64,000 nt of DNA from Macrostomum hystrix (lineage: Eukaryota > Animalia > Platyhelminthes). Positions 26,640-38,800 of this stretch are shown one piece after another. The DNA lies in the NCBI GenBank assembly GCA_950097015.1, contig CATNEN010000039.1, positions 16,554,001-16,618,000 on the forward strand, given 5' to 3'. The first letter of the stretch is position 1. Each line of letters opens with the position of its first letter. The notes under the pieces were generated by a model. That model was not told the DNA's origin. It searched no databases and saw only the letters and a list, made by a program, of their open reading frames with translations. The translations under genes were made by a program, and so were the position numbers.

Positions 26640-27008
26640 AGTGAGATTACAGAATCTGTAATCTGAATCTGAGATTACAGACTTAGTAAGATTACAGATT
26701 CAGTGAGATTACAGATTCAGTAAGATTACAGACTCAGTGACATTACAGATTCAGTGACATTACAGACTCAGTGAGATTACAGACTCAGTGACATTACAGA
26801 TTCAGTGAGATTACAGATTCAGTGAGATTACAGATTCAGTGAGATTACAGACTCAGTGAGATTACAGACTCAGTGACATTACAGATTCAGTGAGATTACA
26901 GACTCAGTGACATTACAGACTCAGTGAGATTACAGATTCAGTGAGATTACAGATTCAGTGACATTACAAACTCAGTGACATTACAGACTCAGTGAGATTA
27001 CAGACTCA
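26640..27008. repeat. Minisatellite, 17-bp unit GTGAGATTACAGATTCA
   Basis: Direct tandem periodicity. Confidence 0.93.
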
Positions 27009-27579
27009 TACATGCGTTGTGATTAGAAATTAGATCCAAATTTTAGAGCCGTGAAGAATGAAATACAGGCGTATGATATTGTTGAAATTAGCATCGAAAG
27101 CTTCAAACAAAAATGTTTTTTTACTGTAATTTATTTTTCTAACAGACAGTGATAAGCTACGGCGCTGAAGACCAAAATACAAGATGGATTGATTGATTGA
27201 CTGATTGACGAAAACATGGCACATGACAGGTTAAACACAGACTAGACTGACGCGTCTATAGAAGAACGATCTACATGTAGTTTGAATTAGTCTAACAAAA
27301 TGCTTTGTGTAAACATCTCGACAACAGTTGAGCATACCTGCTACAGGGTATGCTCAGCTTGTCGGTGAGACGGAATTAAGGGCGGAGGATGGGGTGGGGT
27401 AAGCAAGGTAGCCAGACAAAAATCTAAGAAACTCAATACCTTTGACTCAAGGAAGAATGAAAATGTGAAATAAATTGCTACTTATTAATGACGAGAAGTT
27501 TCTTTTTTCGCAATTTATTTTGCGTTCGAGAAAGGTGACACCTTATCAGCTGGCAGTGTGCAAGATAATAATTCCTTCA

Positions 27580-28478
27580 AGATTGAAGGAGAGAAGAAGG
27601 GAGATTGAAGGAGAGAAGAAGGGAGATTGAAGGAGAGAAGTAGGTAGATCGAAGGAGAGAAGTAGGGAGATCGAAGGAGAGGAAGGGAGATTGAAGGAGA
27701 GGAAAGGAGATTGAAGGAGAGAAGAAGGGATATTGTAGGAGAGAAGAAGGGAGATTGAAGGAGAGAAGTAGGTAGATCGAAGGAGAGAAGTAGGGAGATC
27801 GAAGGAGAGAAGTAGGGAGATCGAAGGAGAGGAAGGGAGATTGAAGGAGAGAAGAAGGGATATTGTAGGAGAGAAGAAGGAAGATTGAAGGAGAGAAGTA
27901 GTGAGATCGAAGGAGAGGAAGGGAGATTGAAGGAGAGAAGTAGGGATGTTGTAGGAGAGAAGTAGGGAGGTTGTAGGAGAGAAGTAGGTAGATTTTATGG
28001 AGAGAAGTAGGGAGATTGAAGGAGAGAAGAAGGGAGATTGAAGGAGAGAAGAAGGGAGATTGAAGGAGAGAAGAAGGGAGATTGAAGGAGAGAAGTATGG
28101 AGATTGAAGGAGAGAAGTAGGGAGGTTGTAGGAGAGAAGTAGGGAGATTGAAGGAGAGAAGAAGGGAGATTGAAGGAGAGAAGAAGGGAGATTGAAGGAG
28201 AGAAGAAGGGAGATTGAAGGAGAGAAGTATGGAGATTGAAGGAGAGAAGTAGGGAGGTTGTAGGAGAGAAGTAGGGAGGTTATAGGAGAGAAGTAGGTAG
28301 ATTTGATGGAGAGAAGTAGGGAGATTGAAAGAGAGAAGTAGGGAGGTTATAGGAGAGAAGTAGGTAGATTTGATGGAGAGAAGTAGGGAGATTGAAAGAG
28401 AGAAGTAGGGAGGTTGTAGGAGAGAAGTAGAGAGATTAAAGGGCAGAAGTAGGTAGATTGATGGAGAGAAGTAGGGAA
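27580..28478. repeat. Purine-rich minisatellite, about 22-bp unit GAAGGAGAGAAGTAGGGAGATT
   Basis: Direct tandem periodicity. Confidence 0.93.
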
Positions 28479-28894
28479 TTAGGGAGTTGTGCCAAAAGTA
28501 CCATTGATTTGTTCTGCGCTCGAAATTAAAACAAGCCTTTGAATTTTTCCCTACAAACGTAGAAACTTTCTGTGAAAAAAGTTAGTTTGGCTTTCTTGTC
28601 ATTTTTTTCTTTGAGAAAAAAGGTTTCACTAGCACTTCAGTTGCCTAATCATCTGAACATAGTGCTTCAACCTAGTGCTCCTGGCATAACTCAAGGTAGA
28701 CTCTTAAAGTGGACAAGAGATGCCTAATTATTTTGAACATTTAGGCGAATAACATGTCTGAGAAAGTGATCCACTTATTAGCACATCGAGCCTCTGTTTA
28801 GCAGTAGGAGATTTTCATTTACTTTTTCATAATTCTTCTCCTAAAAGTTCAACTTTCAATTATCCTCAGTTTTAGAGACTTCAGGAACTGGCTA

Positions 28895-30072
28895 ATCCCA
28901 GATTCTTCAGGATCTGACACAATCCCAGATTCTTCAGGATCTGACACAATCCCAGATTCTTCAGGATCTGACACAATCCCAGATTCTTCATTATCTGACA
29001 CAATCCCAGATTCTTCATTATCTGACACAATCCCAGATTCTTCATTATCTGACACAATCCCAGATTCTTCATTATCTGACACAATCCCAGATTCTTCAGG
29101 ATCTGACACAATCCCAGATTCTTCAGGATCTGACACAATCCCAGATTCTTCAGGATCTGACACAATCCCAGATTCTTCATTATCTGACACAATCCCAGAT
29201 TCTTCATTATCTGACACAATCCCAGATTCTTCATTATCTGACACAATCCCAGATTCTTCATTATCTGACACAATCCCAGATTCTTCATTATCTGACACAA
29301 TCCCAGATTCTTCATTATCTGACACAATCCCAGATTCTTCATTATCTGACACAATCCCAGATTCTTCATTATCTGACACAATCCCAAATTATTCATTATT
29401 TTACACAACCCAGATTCTTCATTATCTGACACAATCCCAGATTATTCATTATCTGACACAATCCCAGATTCTTCATTATTTGACACAATCCCAGATTCTT
29501 CATTATCTGACACAATCCCAGATTCTTCATTATCTGACACAATCCCAGATTCTTCATTATCTGACACAATCCCAGATTCTTCATTATCTGACACAATCCC
29601 AGATTCTTCATTATCTGACACAATCCCAGATTCTTCATTATCTGACACAATCCCAGATTCTTCATTATCTGACACAATCCCAGATTCTTCATTATCTGAC
29701 ACAATCCCAGATTCTTCATTATCTGACACAATCCCAGATTCTTCATTATCTGACACAATCCCAGATTATTCATTATTTGACACAATCCCAGATTCTTCAT
29801 TATCTGACACAATCCCAGATTCTTCATTATCTGACACAATCCCAGATTCTTCATTATCTGACACAATCCCAAATTCTTCATTATCTGACACAATCCCAGA
29901 TTCTTCATTATCTGACACAATCCCAGATTATTAAGGATCTGACACAATCCCAGATTCTTCATTATCTGACACAATCCCAGATTATTAAGGATCTGACACA
30001 ATCCCAGATTCTTCATTATCTGACACAATCCCAGATTCTTCATTATCTGACACAATCCCAGATTATTCTGGA
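28895..30072. repeat. Minisatellite, 27-bp unit ATCCCAGATTCTTCATTATCTGACACA
   Basis: About 43 tandem copies. Confidence 0.97.
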
Positions 30073-30459
30073 TCTAGAACTGACTAGAACAGCTCATATT
30101 GACTCACGTGATATTGATTCTCGTGTTTTTCATATCCTTTTTTCAGTCCTTGCCTTTTCCGCATTTTAATATGTTCCTTGCCTCTCAATTTGTTCCGAAT
30201 CCCAAGTGGTAACGCGTTGTCCCGTAATGCGACCAAGACTAGCGATCATGATCTGGGACAGCTGCAGTGGAAACGATGACATTCTAAAATAAAAAACTGT
30301 TAATTTTATTCTGTTGTCATATGGCTTCTACTATCGTGCTAGTCTTGTCTTTGTTTTTTTCAATAATTGATTGTGCCGAATACTGACAAAGATAAATTGA
30401 TTTTATATTATTGCAGAGTAAAGGAGATGGATGGTGTGGCAGGTAGAGAGGGGGGTGGG

Positions 30460-31765
30460 TTGAGAGATAGAGAGAGATAGAGGGAGAGGTGGAGAGGGAT
30501 AGGGTGAGGGGTAGAGAGAGGGATAGGATGAGAGGGAGACAGAGGGATAGGGTGAGAGGTAGAGAGAGGAATAGGGTGAGAGGTAGAGAGAGGGATAGGG
30601 TGAGAGGTTGAGAGAGGGATAGGGTGAGAGGTAGAGAGAGGGATAGGGTGAGAGGTTGAGAGAGGGATAGGGTGAGAGGTAGAGAGAGGAATAGGGTGAG
30701 AGGTAGAGAGAGGGATAGGGTGAGAGGTTGAGAGAGAGATAGGGTGAGAGGTAGAGAGAGGGATAGGGTGAGGGGTAGAGAGAGGGATAGGATGAGAGAG
30801 ACAGAGGGATAGGGTGAGAGGTTGAGAGAGAGATAGGGTGAGAGGTAGAGAGAGGGATAGGGTGAGGGGTAGAGAGAGGGATAGGATGAGAGGGAGACAG
30901 AGGGATAGGATGAGAGGTAGAGAGAGGGATAGGGTGAGAGGTAGAGAGAGGGATAGGGTGAGAGGGAGAGAGAGGGATAGGGTGAGAGGTAGAGAGAGGG
31001 ATAGGGTGAGAGGGAGAGAGGGATAGGGTGAGAGGTAGAGAGACGGATATGGTGAGAGGAAGAGAGAGGGATAGGGTGAGAGGTAGAGAGAGGGATAGGA
31101 TGAGAGGGAGACAGAGGGATAGGGTGAGAGTTAGAGAGAGGGATAGGGTGAGAGGTAGAGAGAGGGATAGGGTGAGGGGTAGAGAGAGGGATAGGATGAG
31201 AGGGAGACAGAGGGATAGGGTGAGAGTTAGAGGGAGGGATAGGGTGAGAGGGAGACAGAGGGATAGGGTGAGAGGGAGAGAGGGATAGGGTGAGAGGGAG
31301 AGAGGGATAGGGTGAGAGGGAGAGAGAGGGATAGGGTGAGAGGGAGAGAGAGGGATAGGGTGAGAGGGAGAGAGGGATAGGGTGAGAGGGAGACAGAGGG
31401 ATAGGGTGAGAGGGAGACAGAGGGATAGGGTGAGAGGGAGAGAGAGGGATAGGGTGAGAGGGAGAGAGAGGGATAGGGTGAGAGGGAGAGAGGGATAGGG
31501 TGAGAGGGAGACAGAGGGATAGGGTGAGAGGGAGAGAGGGATAGGGTGAGAGGGAGAGAGAGGGATAGGGTGAGAGGGAGAGAGAGGGATAGGGTGAGGG
31601 GTAGAGAGAGGGATAGGGTGAGAGGTAGAGAGAGGGATAGGGTGAGAGGTAGAGAGAGGGATAGGATGAGAGGGAGACAGAGGGATAGGGTGAGAGGGAG
31701 ACAGAGGGATAGGGTGAGAGGGAGAGAGGGATAGGGTGAGAGGGAGAGAGAGGGATAGGGTGGGA
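30460..31765. repeat. Purine-rich minisatellite, about 24-bp unit GGGATAGGGTGAGAGGTAGAGAGA
   Basis: Direct tandem periodicity. Confidence 0.95.
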
Positions 31766-32771
31766 GATAGAAATAGAGTGACAATGGAATGATTATGTAA
31801 TACTTTCTGACACTTTGACTTATAAGCGCATTTTGAGTCGAAAGATCAATGCTTGAAACTCTAATGAGCTACTAAACAATGTTATTTGACTCGTTCTCAA
31901 TATCGATTTATCGTCATCTTCAGGTCGAGTTTTGTTCCACCTGAAGCTGCTTTTTAACTTCTTTGAAAACGCGATATTGTTGATCAAATTTTATTAGGTA
32001 TATAGATTACTGCCAATCGTAAATCTTGACTAATCTAAGTTAATTTTAAATTTCAACTTTTATGTCAAAAATAAAATTTCAATCAGATTTCGTCTCTATG
32101 CCTTCCAACAAGCACATTCCTTCCCTCCTTTCTGAATTTATAAAAATCTTTGGCCCAGTTTAATGATATAAAGGTGCATCGAGATCCACTTGATTTTGTG
32201 TGTAACTGGATAAGGCTGAAAAAATCTCAGCTTTCCACAATATTGCTGCTGCTGCTGCTGCTTGTGGTGTTATTGTCGACTCTCCTCTTGTTTGTCGTTT
32301 CATAAATTTGATAATTTATTAAGCTTGTGGCTTGTCAGTGAGGCAAGGTGTGTGTGTGTGCCTACTAGTGTACCAAAATGCTAATCAATATGTTTAGACA
32401 GAAAGAGAGACTGGGTAGAGAAGAAGGCTATACTCATATTTTCACTCAATAACGCATTTAAGCGTGAAGCATGTTACACACATGCTTTTTATGCTCTTTA
32501 TCTAATTAAGTGTAGACATCCAGATACAACACTATTTAACAGAATGTTTTTTTCAGGTATAGCATAGTAGTTAAAGCGGTTTGTCGAATCGCAAAAAACA
32601 CAATTTTACGTTATCAATGTGGGAATTAACGATAAGATGAAAGGTTAATAATGCTTCAAGCTCTTGAGGGATTTATAATCTGCTATGCAACGTTAAGGAC
32701 TGTTAAAATTGTATTCAGAAGGTCGGCACTACAGCCCGAGGGACAGATACGACCACGACCTGTTCCTACCA

Positions 32772-33188
32772 TTTCATCTCTCCCTGTCTCATCTCTCCCT
32801 GTCTCATCTCTCCCTGTCTCATCTCTCCCTGTCTTATCTCTCCCTGTCTCATCTCTCCCTATCTCATCTCTCCCTGTCTCATCTCTCCCTGTCTCATCTC
32901 TCCCTGTCTCATCTCTCCCTGTCTCATCTCTCCCTGTCTCATCTCTCCCTGTCTCATCTCTCCCTGTCTTATCTCTCCCTGTCTCATCTCTCCCTGTCTC
33001 ATCTCTCCCTGTATTATCTCTGGTGTCTCATCTCTCCCTGTCTCATCTCTCCCTGTCTTATCTCTCCCTGTCTTATCTCTGGTGTCTTATCTCCCGTGTC
33101 TCATCTCTCCCTGTCTCATCTCTCTCTGTCTCATCTCTCCCTGTATTATCTCTGGTGTCTCATCTCTCCCCTGTCTCATCTCTCCCCT
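32772..33188. repeat. Minisatellite, 15-bp unit CTGTCTCATCTCTCC
   Basis: Direct tandem periodicity. Confidence 0.93.
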
Positions 33189-33343
33189 TTCTTTTGTCTT
33201 TCGTCCTCGAAGCTCGTTAGTTTCACTATTTTCCGCATACACACACATTCTAAGGTAAACATTTACGAATTTTCACGGAATTAAAGACAGCAAAATTGTC
33301 TTATCGCAAAAAATTGAACAAAAAAAATCTACTGATTAGAAAA

Positions 33344-34552
33344 TCACACTGCCTCCTGGACCATCTGCTCCTCGGAATTCGGCCCACTGAATGCGTCCGG
33401 CAACAGCGGCACCTGGTTAGATTCGCGGATCTCAGCGGCGGCTTTGGCTGTGTGGCCTTCAACTGCTCCGCCAACAATGGCCTCGTCGTTATAACGTCTT
33501 CGCGTGCTGCGCTTGACCTGCATTCGGGCCTTGTTGTTATTGGCATTGGAACACTCTGGCGTTACCATGGTGTTAAAACTGGTCCTGAATCTGCCATCGA
33601 TTGGCAAATAGATGAGAAAATTGATGGCACTGTTCGTATAGGACAGCATCAGCAGGATGTTGTTAACTAAAAAGCCGGCCCCGCTGTAGCTGATGAACGA
33701 ATGCGACAGTAGGTAGACTGCGCTAGGCATTGTCGTCAGGAGGTGAATGGTGCCGCTGACTAAAGCGACCCTTGCCACCGACATCTGTCTGTGCCGATTG
33801 TCCTGCTGACTGCGCTTCCGTCCAGTTCCGGCTGGACCGGCTGTTGAAGCCAACGAAGCGCTCCGATTTCCGTTGGACGCCTGTGCCCGAGACATCAGCC
33901 TGGCGTGCTTCCTGATGCTGAAGAATATTGTCAGATTGAAGATTAACAGCAGCGAGTCTGGGACAAAGAAGTTCAACAGACTGTCCGCCACCAGGTAGTA
34001 TTTGAAGAATCTCTCCCTGTACATGCAGCGTCGGTTGTCCTTCAAGTGCCACTCGTGCGACAGCAGCAGCGGCAGATCCTTGGCGCACAGCACCGCTAGA
34101 ATAGCCAGTAGAAACTTGACAGCGTTTGCTTTGGTCATAATCAGCTTGGCTCTGGTGGGATAAGTCACAGCTAGGAAGCGGTCAAGCACGATGAGCACTA
34201 GAACCCAAGTAGCAAAGTCGACGCACAGGTAGGTTAGTACCACGTGGCTGATGCACACTGGATAGCCCAGGTCGCGAATGTCGAATAGGAAGGCCTGCTG
34301 GATCCAGTAGCGAGACACGACCAGTAGCAGTACGCAACTGTCCGCCATCTGCAGAATGATGAGCAGAAAGTGCGTACTTTCTTTAAATAGGTCGCTGTTC
34401 CAGAAGATCTTCAGGCTAAGCATATTTCCGATTGTGCCGAAGACAATAATAAACGCGCCGTAGATGGAAGCGATAGCTCGCATTACTGGAGCACCAAATG
34501 GTGGGCTCATCAGCGCCTCCATGGTGATGTTTGCTGCACCACTGCTGTTCAT
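33344..34552 (-). CDS. Class A (rhodopsin-like) GPCR, peptide/FMRFamide-receptor-like, intronless CDS, 402 aa
   Basis: Seven hydrophobic segments: TM1 GTIGN, TM2 LQMAD, TM3 LDRFLAVTYP, TM5 FFVP, TM6 TTMP, TM7 NSAINFLIY. N-terminal N-glycosylation sequons and ECL cysteines. Confidence 0.93.
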   Translation of the reverse strand: MNSSGAANITMEALMSPPFGAPVMRAIASIYGAFIIVFGTIGNMLSLKIFWNSDLFKESTHFLLIILQMADSCVLLLVVSRYWIQQAFLFDIRDLGYPVCISHVVLTYLCVDFATWVLVLIVLDRFLAVTYPTRAKLIMTKANAVKFLLAILAVLCAKDLPLLLSHEWHLKDNRRCMYRERFFKYYLVADSLLNFFVPDSLLLIFNLTIFFSIRKHARLMSRAQASNGNRSASLASTAGPAGTGRKRSQQDNRHRQMSVARVALVSGTIHLLTTMPSAVYLLSHSFISYSGAGFLVNNILLMLSYTNSAINFLIYLPIDGRFRTSFNTMVTPECSNANNNKARMQVKRSTRRRYNDEAIVGGAVEGHTAKAAAEIRESNQVPLLPDAFSGPNSEEQMVQEAV

Positions 34553-34585
34553 CTATTCGGTTCTGAGTTGAATGAACAGCTGACT

Positions 34586-35420
34586 GCAGACTCTCTGTAG
34601 TAGGATTGACAGACTCTCTGTAGTAGGATTGACAGACTCTCTGTAGTAGGATTGACAGACTCTCTGTAGTAGGATTGACAGACTCTCTGTAGTAGGATTG
34701 ACAGACTCTCTGTAGTAGGATTGACAGACTCTCTGTAGTAGGATTGACAGACTCTCTGTAGTAGGATTGACAGACTCTCTGTAGTAGGATTGACAGACTC
34801 TCTGTAGTAGGATTGACAGACTCTCTGTAGTAGGATTGACAGACTCTCTGTAGTAGGATTGACAGACTCTCTGTAGTAGGATTGACAGACTCTCTGTAGT
34901 AGGATTGACAGACTCTCTGTAGTAGGATTGACAGACTCTCTGTAGTAGGATTGACAGACTCTCTGTAGTAGGATTGACAGACTCTCTGTAGTAGGATTGA
35001 CAGACTCTCTGTAGTAGGATTGACAGACTCTGTAGTAGGATTGACAGACTCTGTAGTAGGATTGACAGACTCTGCAGTAGATTTGACAGACTCTGTAGTA
35101 GGATTGACAGACTCTGTAGTAGGATTGACAGACTCTCTGTTGAAGGATTGACAGACTCTCTGTAGTAGGATTGACAGACTCTCTGTAGTAGGATTGACAG
35201 ACTCTGTAGTAGATTTGACAGACTCTGTAGTAGGATTGACAGACTCTCTGTAGTAGGATTGACAGACTCTCTGTAGTAGGATTGACAGACTCTCTGTAGT
35301 AGGATTGACAGACTCTCTGTAGTAGGATTGACAGACTCTCTGTAGTAGGATTGACAGACTCTGCAGTAGATTTGACAGACTCTGTAGTAGATTTGACAGA
35401 CTCTGTAGTAGGATTGACTG
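34586..35420. repeat. Minisatellite, 23-bp unit GACTCTCTGTAGTAGGATTGACA, probably inside the GPCR 5'UTR intron
   Basis: Tandem periodicity, with a minus-strand GTGAGT donor near 35537-35542 and a CTGCAG acceptor near 34583-34588. Confidence 0.93.
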
Positions 35421-35800
35421 ATTCTCTCTTGGCTTTATGCACCTCAGAATGTTTTTATCTAATTGGACGAAGTGGGCGTCAACCAATGAAATCTCATTAT
35501 TTTATCTTGTTATATAGTACCCGTACTTGAGAAATTACTCACCTCTTATAACTAGTGTTTCTTTGAAGTAAAAATAGAAAAATACTAGTTATATGTTAGA
35601 AATCGACAATATAAGACAGTAAATATTTTTTACCGTATTTCGGTTTTTACTGCTTAAAAACATATTACTTTTCTTACATTTTTACCTATTTCTCTAAATA
35701 ATTTTCTGCGAATGTTCAAACAACTCTACTGATAGTAGGGCAATATGATTTTCATATTATTGCAGGTCAACTATAAATCAAGAAAGTCAAGAAAGTGAAA

Positions 35801-38800
35801 ATGGCCGCTGAGCTAAGCTCCGTCAGGGGACTGCTGTGCGACATCTGCGGTGTGCTGTACAATCCCGACAACAGCGGAGGCGGCAGTCCCATCGAGGGAT
35901 CCATTGAAGCTGTGAAACAGTTGAGTGCAAAATGTGTCAATCTGTACCACTAAGGAAATGGATATCTAACACGGTCGATTTCGATATCTAACAGTGTCGG
36001 AATCGATATCTAACAGTGTCGAACTCGATATCTAACAGTGTCAAAATGGATAGCTAAGAGTGTCGAAATGGATAGCTAAGAGTGTCGAAATGGATAGCTA
36101 ACAGTGTCAAACTCGATATCTAACAGTGTCGAACTCGATATCTAACAGTGTCAAACTCGATATCTAACAGTGTCGAACTCGATATCTAACAGTGTCGAAC
36201 TCGATATCTAACAGTGTCGAACTCGATATCTAACAGTGTCGAAATGGATATCTAACATTGTCGAACTCGATATCTAACAGTATCGGAATCGATATCTAAC
36301 AGTATCGGAATCAATATCTAACAGTTGTCGAAATGGATATCTAACAGTGTCGAACTCGATATCTAACAGTATCGGAATCGATATCTAACAGTATCGGAAT
36401 CGATATCTAACAGTGTCGAAATGGATATCTAAAAGTGTCGAACTCGATATCTAACAGTATCGGAATCGATATCTAACAGTATCGGAATCGATATCTAACA
36501 GTGTCGAAATGGATATCTAACAGTATCGGAATCGAAATCTAACAGTATCGGAATCGATATCTAACAGTGTCGAAATGGATATCTAACAGTGTCGGAATCG
36601 ATATCTAACAGTATCGGAATCGATATCTAACAGTATCGGAATCGATATCTAACAGTGTCGAAATGGATATCTAACAGTATCGGAATCGATATCTAACAGT
36701 ATCGGAATCGATATCTAACAGTGTCGAAACGGATATCTAACAGTGTCGGAATCGATATCTAACAGTGTCGGAATCGATATCTAACAGTGTCGGAATCGAT
36801 ATCTAACAGTATCGGAATCGATATCTAACAGTATCGGAATCGATATCTAACAGTGTCGAAATGGATATCTAACAGTATCGGAATCGATATCTAACAGTGT
36901 CGAAATGGATATCTAACAGTGTCGAAATGGATATCTAACAATGTCGAAATTGATATCTAACAGTGTCGAAATGGATATCTAACAGTGTCGAAATGGATAT
37001 CTAACAGTTGTCGAAATAGATATCTAACAGTGTCGAACTCGATATCTAACAGTGTCGAAGTCGATATCTAACAGTTGTCGAAATGGATATCTAACAGTGT
37101 CGAACTCGATATCTAACAGTGTCGAACTCGATATCTAACAGTATCGGAATCGATATCTAACAGTATCGGAATTAATATCTAACAGTGTCGAAATGGATAT
37201 CTAACAGTATCGGAATCAATATCTAACAGTATCGGAATCGATATCTAACAGTATCGGAATCGATATCTAACAGTGTCGAAATGGATATCTAAAAGTGTCG
37301 AACTCGATATCTAACAGTATCGGAATCGATATCTAACAGTATCGGAATCGATATCTAACAGTGTCGAAATGGATATCTAACAGTATCGGAATCGAAATCT
37401 AACAGTATCGGAATCGATATCTAACAGTGTCGAAATGGATATCTAACAGTGTCGGAATCGATATCTAACAGTATCGGAATCGATATCTAACAGTATCGGA
37501 ATCGATATCTAACAGTGTCGAAATGGATATCTAACAGTATCGGAATCGATATCTAACAGTATCGGAATCGATATCTAACAGTGTCGAAACGGATATCTAA
37601 CAGTGTCGGAATCGATATCTAACAGTGTCGGAATCGATATCTAACAGTGTCGGAATCGATATCTAACAGTATCGGAATCGATATCTAACAGTATCGGAAT
37701 CGATATCTAACAGTGTCGAAATGGATATCTAACAGTATCGGAATCGATATCTAACAGTGTCGAAATGGATATCTAACAGTGTCGAAATGGATATCTAACA
37801 ATGTCGAAATTGATATCTAACAGTGTCGAAATGGATATCTAACAGTGTCGAAATGGATATCTAACAGTTGTCGAAATAGATATCTAACAGTGTCGAACTC
37901 GATATCTAACAGTGTCGAAGTCGATATCTAACAGTTGTCGAAATGGATATCTAACAGTGTCGAACTCGATATCTAACAGTGTCGAACTCGATATCTAACA
38001 GTATCGGAATCGATATCTAACAGTATCGGAATTAATATCTAACAGTGTCGAAATGGATATCTAACAGTATCGGAATCAATATCTAACAGTATCGGAATCG
38101 ATATCTAACAGTGTCGAAATGGATATCTAACAGTATCGGAATCGATATCTAACAGTATCGGAATCGATATCTAACAGTGTCGAAATGGATATCTAACAGT
38201 GTCGGAATCGATATCTAACAGTATCGGAATCGATATCTAACAGTATCGGAATCGATATCTAACAGTGTCGAAATGGATATCTAACAGTATCGGAATCGAT
38301 ATCTAACAGTATCGGAATCGATATCTAACAGTGTCGAAACGGATATCTAACAGTGTCGGAATCGATATCTAACAGTGTCGGAATCGATATCTAACAGTGT
38401 CGGAATCGATATCTAACAGTATCGGAATCGATATCTAACAGTATCGGAATCGATATCTAACAGTATCGGAATCGATATCTAACAGTATCGGAATCGATAT
38501 CTAACAGTGTCGAAATGGATATCTAACAGTATCGGAATCTATATCTAACAGTGTCGAAACACAGAATCTTTATCGGCCAGAGTGCTATAACCAAAATCTG
38601 GTTCCACTTCCATTATTTTAGACTGAAGGCCGTAAATTTCCCACTAAAATTTGTCACCAACGAGAGCCAGAACACGCGAGCCGGCCTCACAGCTAAACTG
38701 CAGCGTATCGGTTTCCCTATTGTCGAAGAGGACATTGTGTCGCCTGTGACAGTGGTTCGCGCTCTACTGAAAGAGCGCAATTGGAAGGCGCATCTACTGT

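Noticed and set aside
28849-30169. SDNEESGIV/CQIMKNLGL repeat ORFs, and the possibility of a CRISPR array
   Set aside because: Head-to-tail 27-bp repeats without unique spacers, in a eukaryotic context with no cas genes.
34416-35486. N-terminal extension of the GPCR through the repeat
   Set aside because: An in-frame TAG sits immediately before the ATG at 34552, and the repeat ORFs are not contiguous with the receptor ORF.
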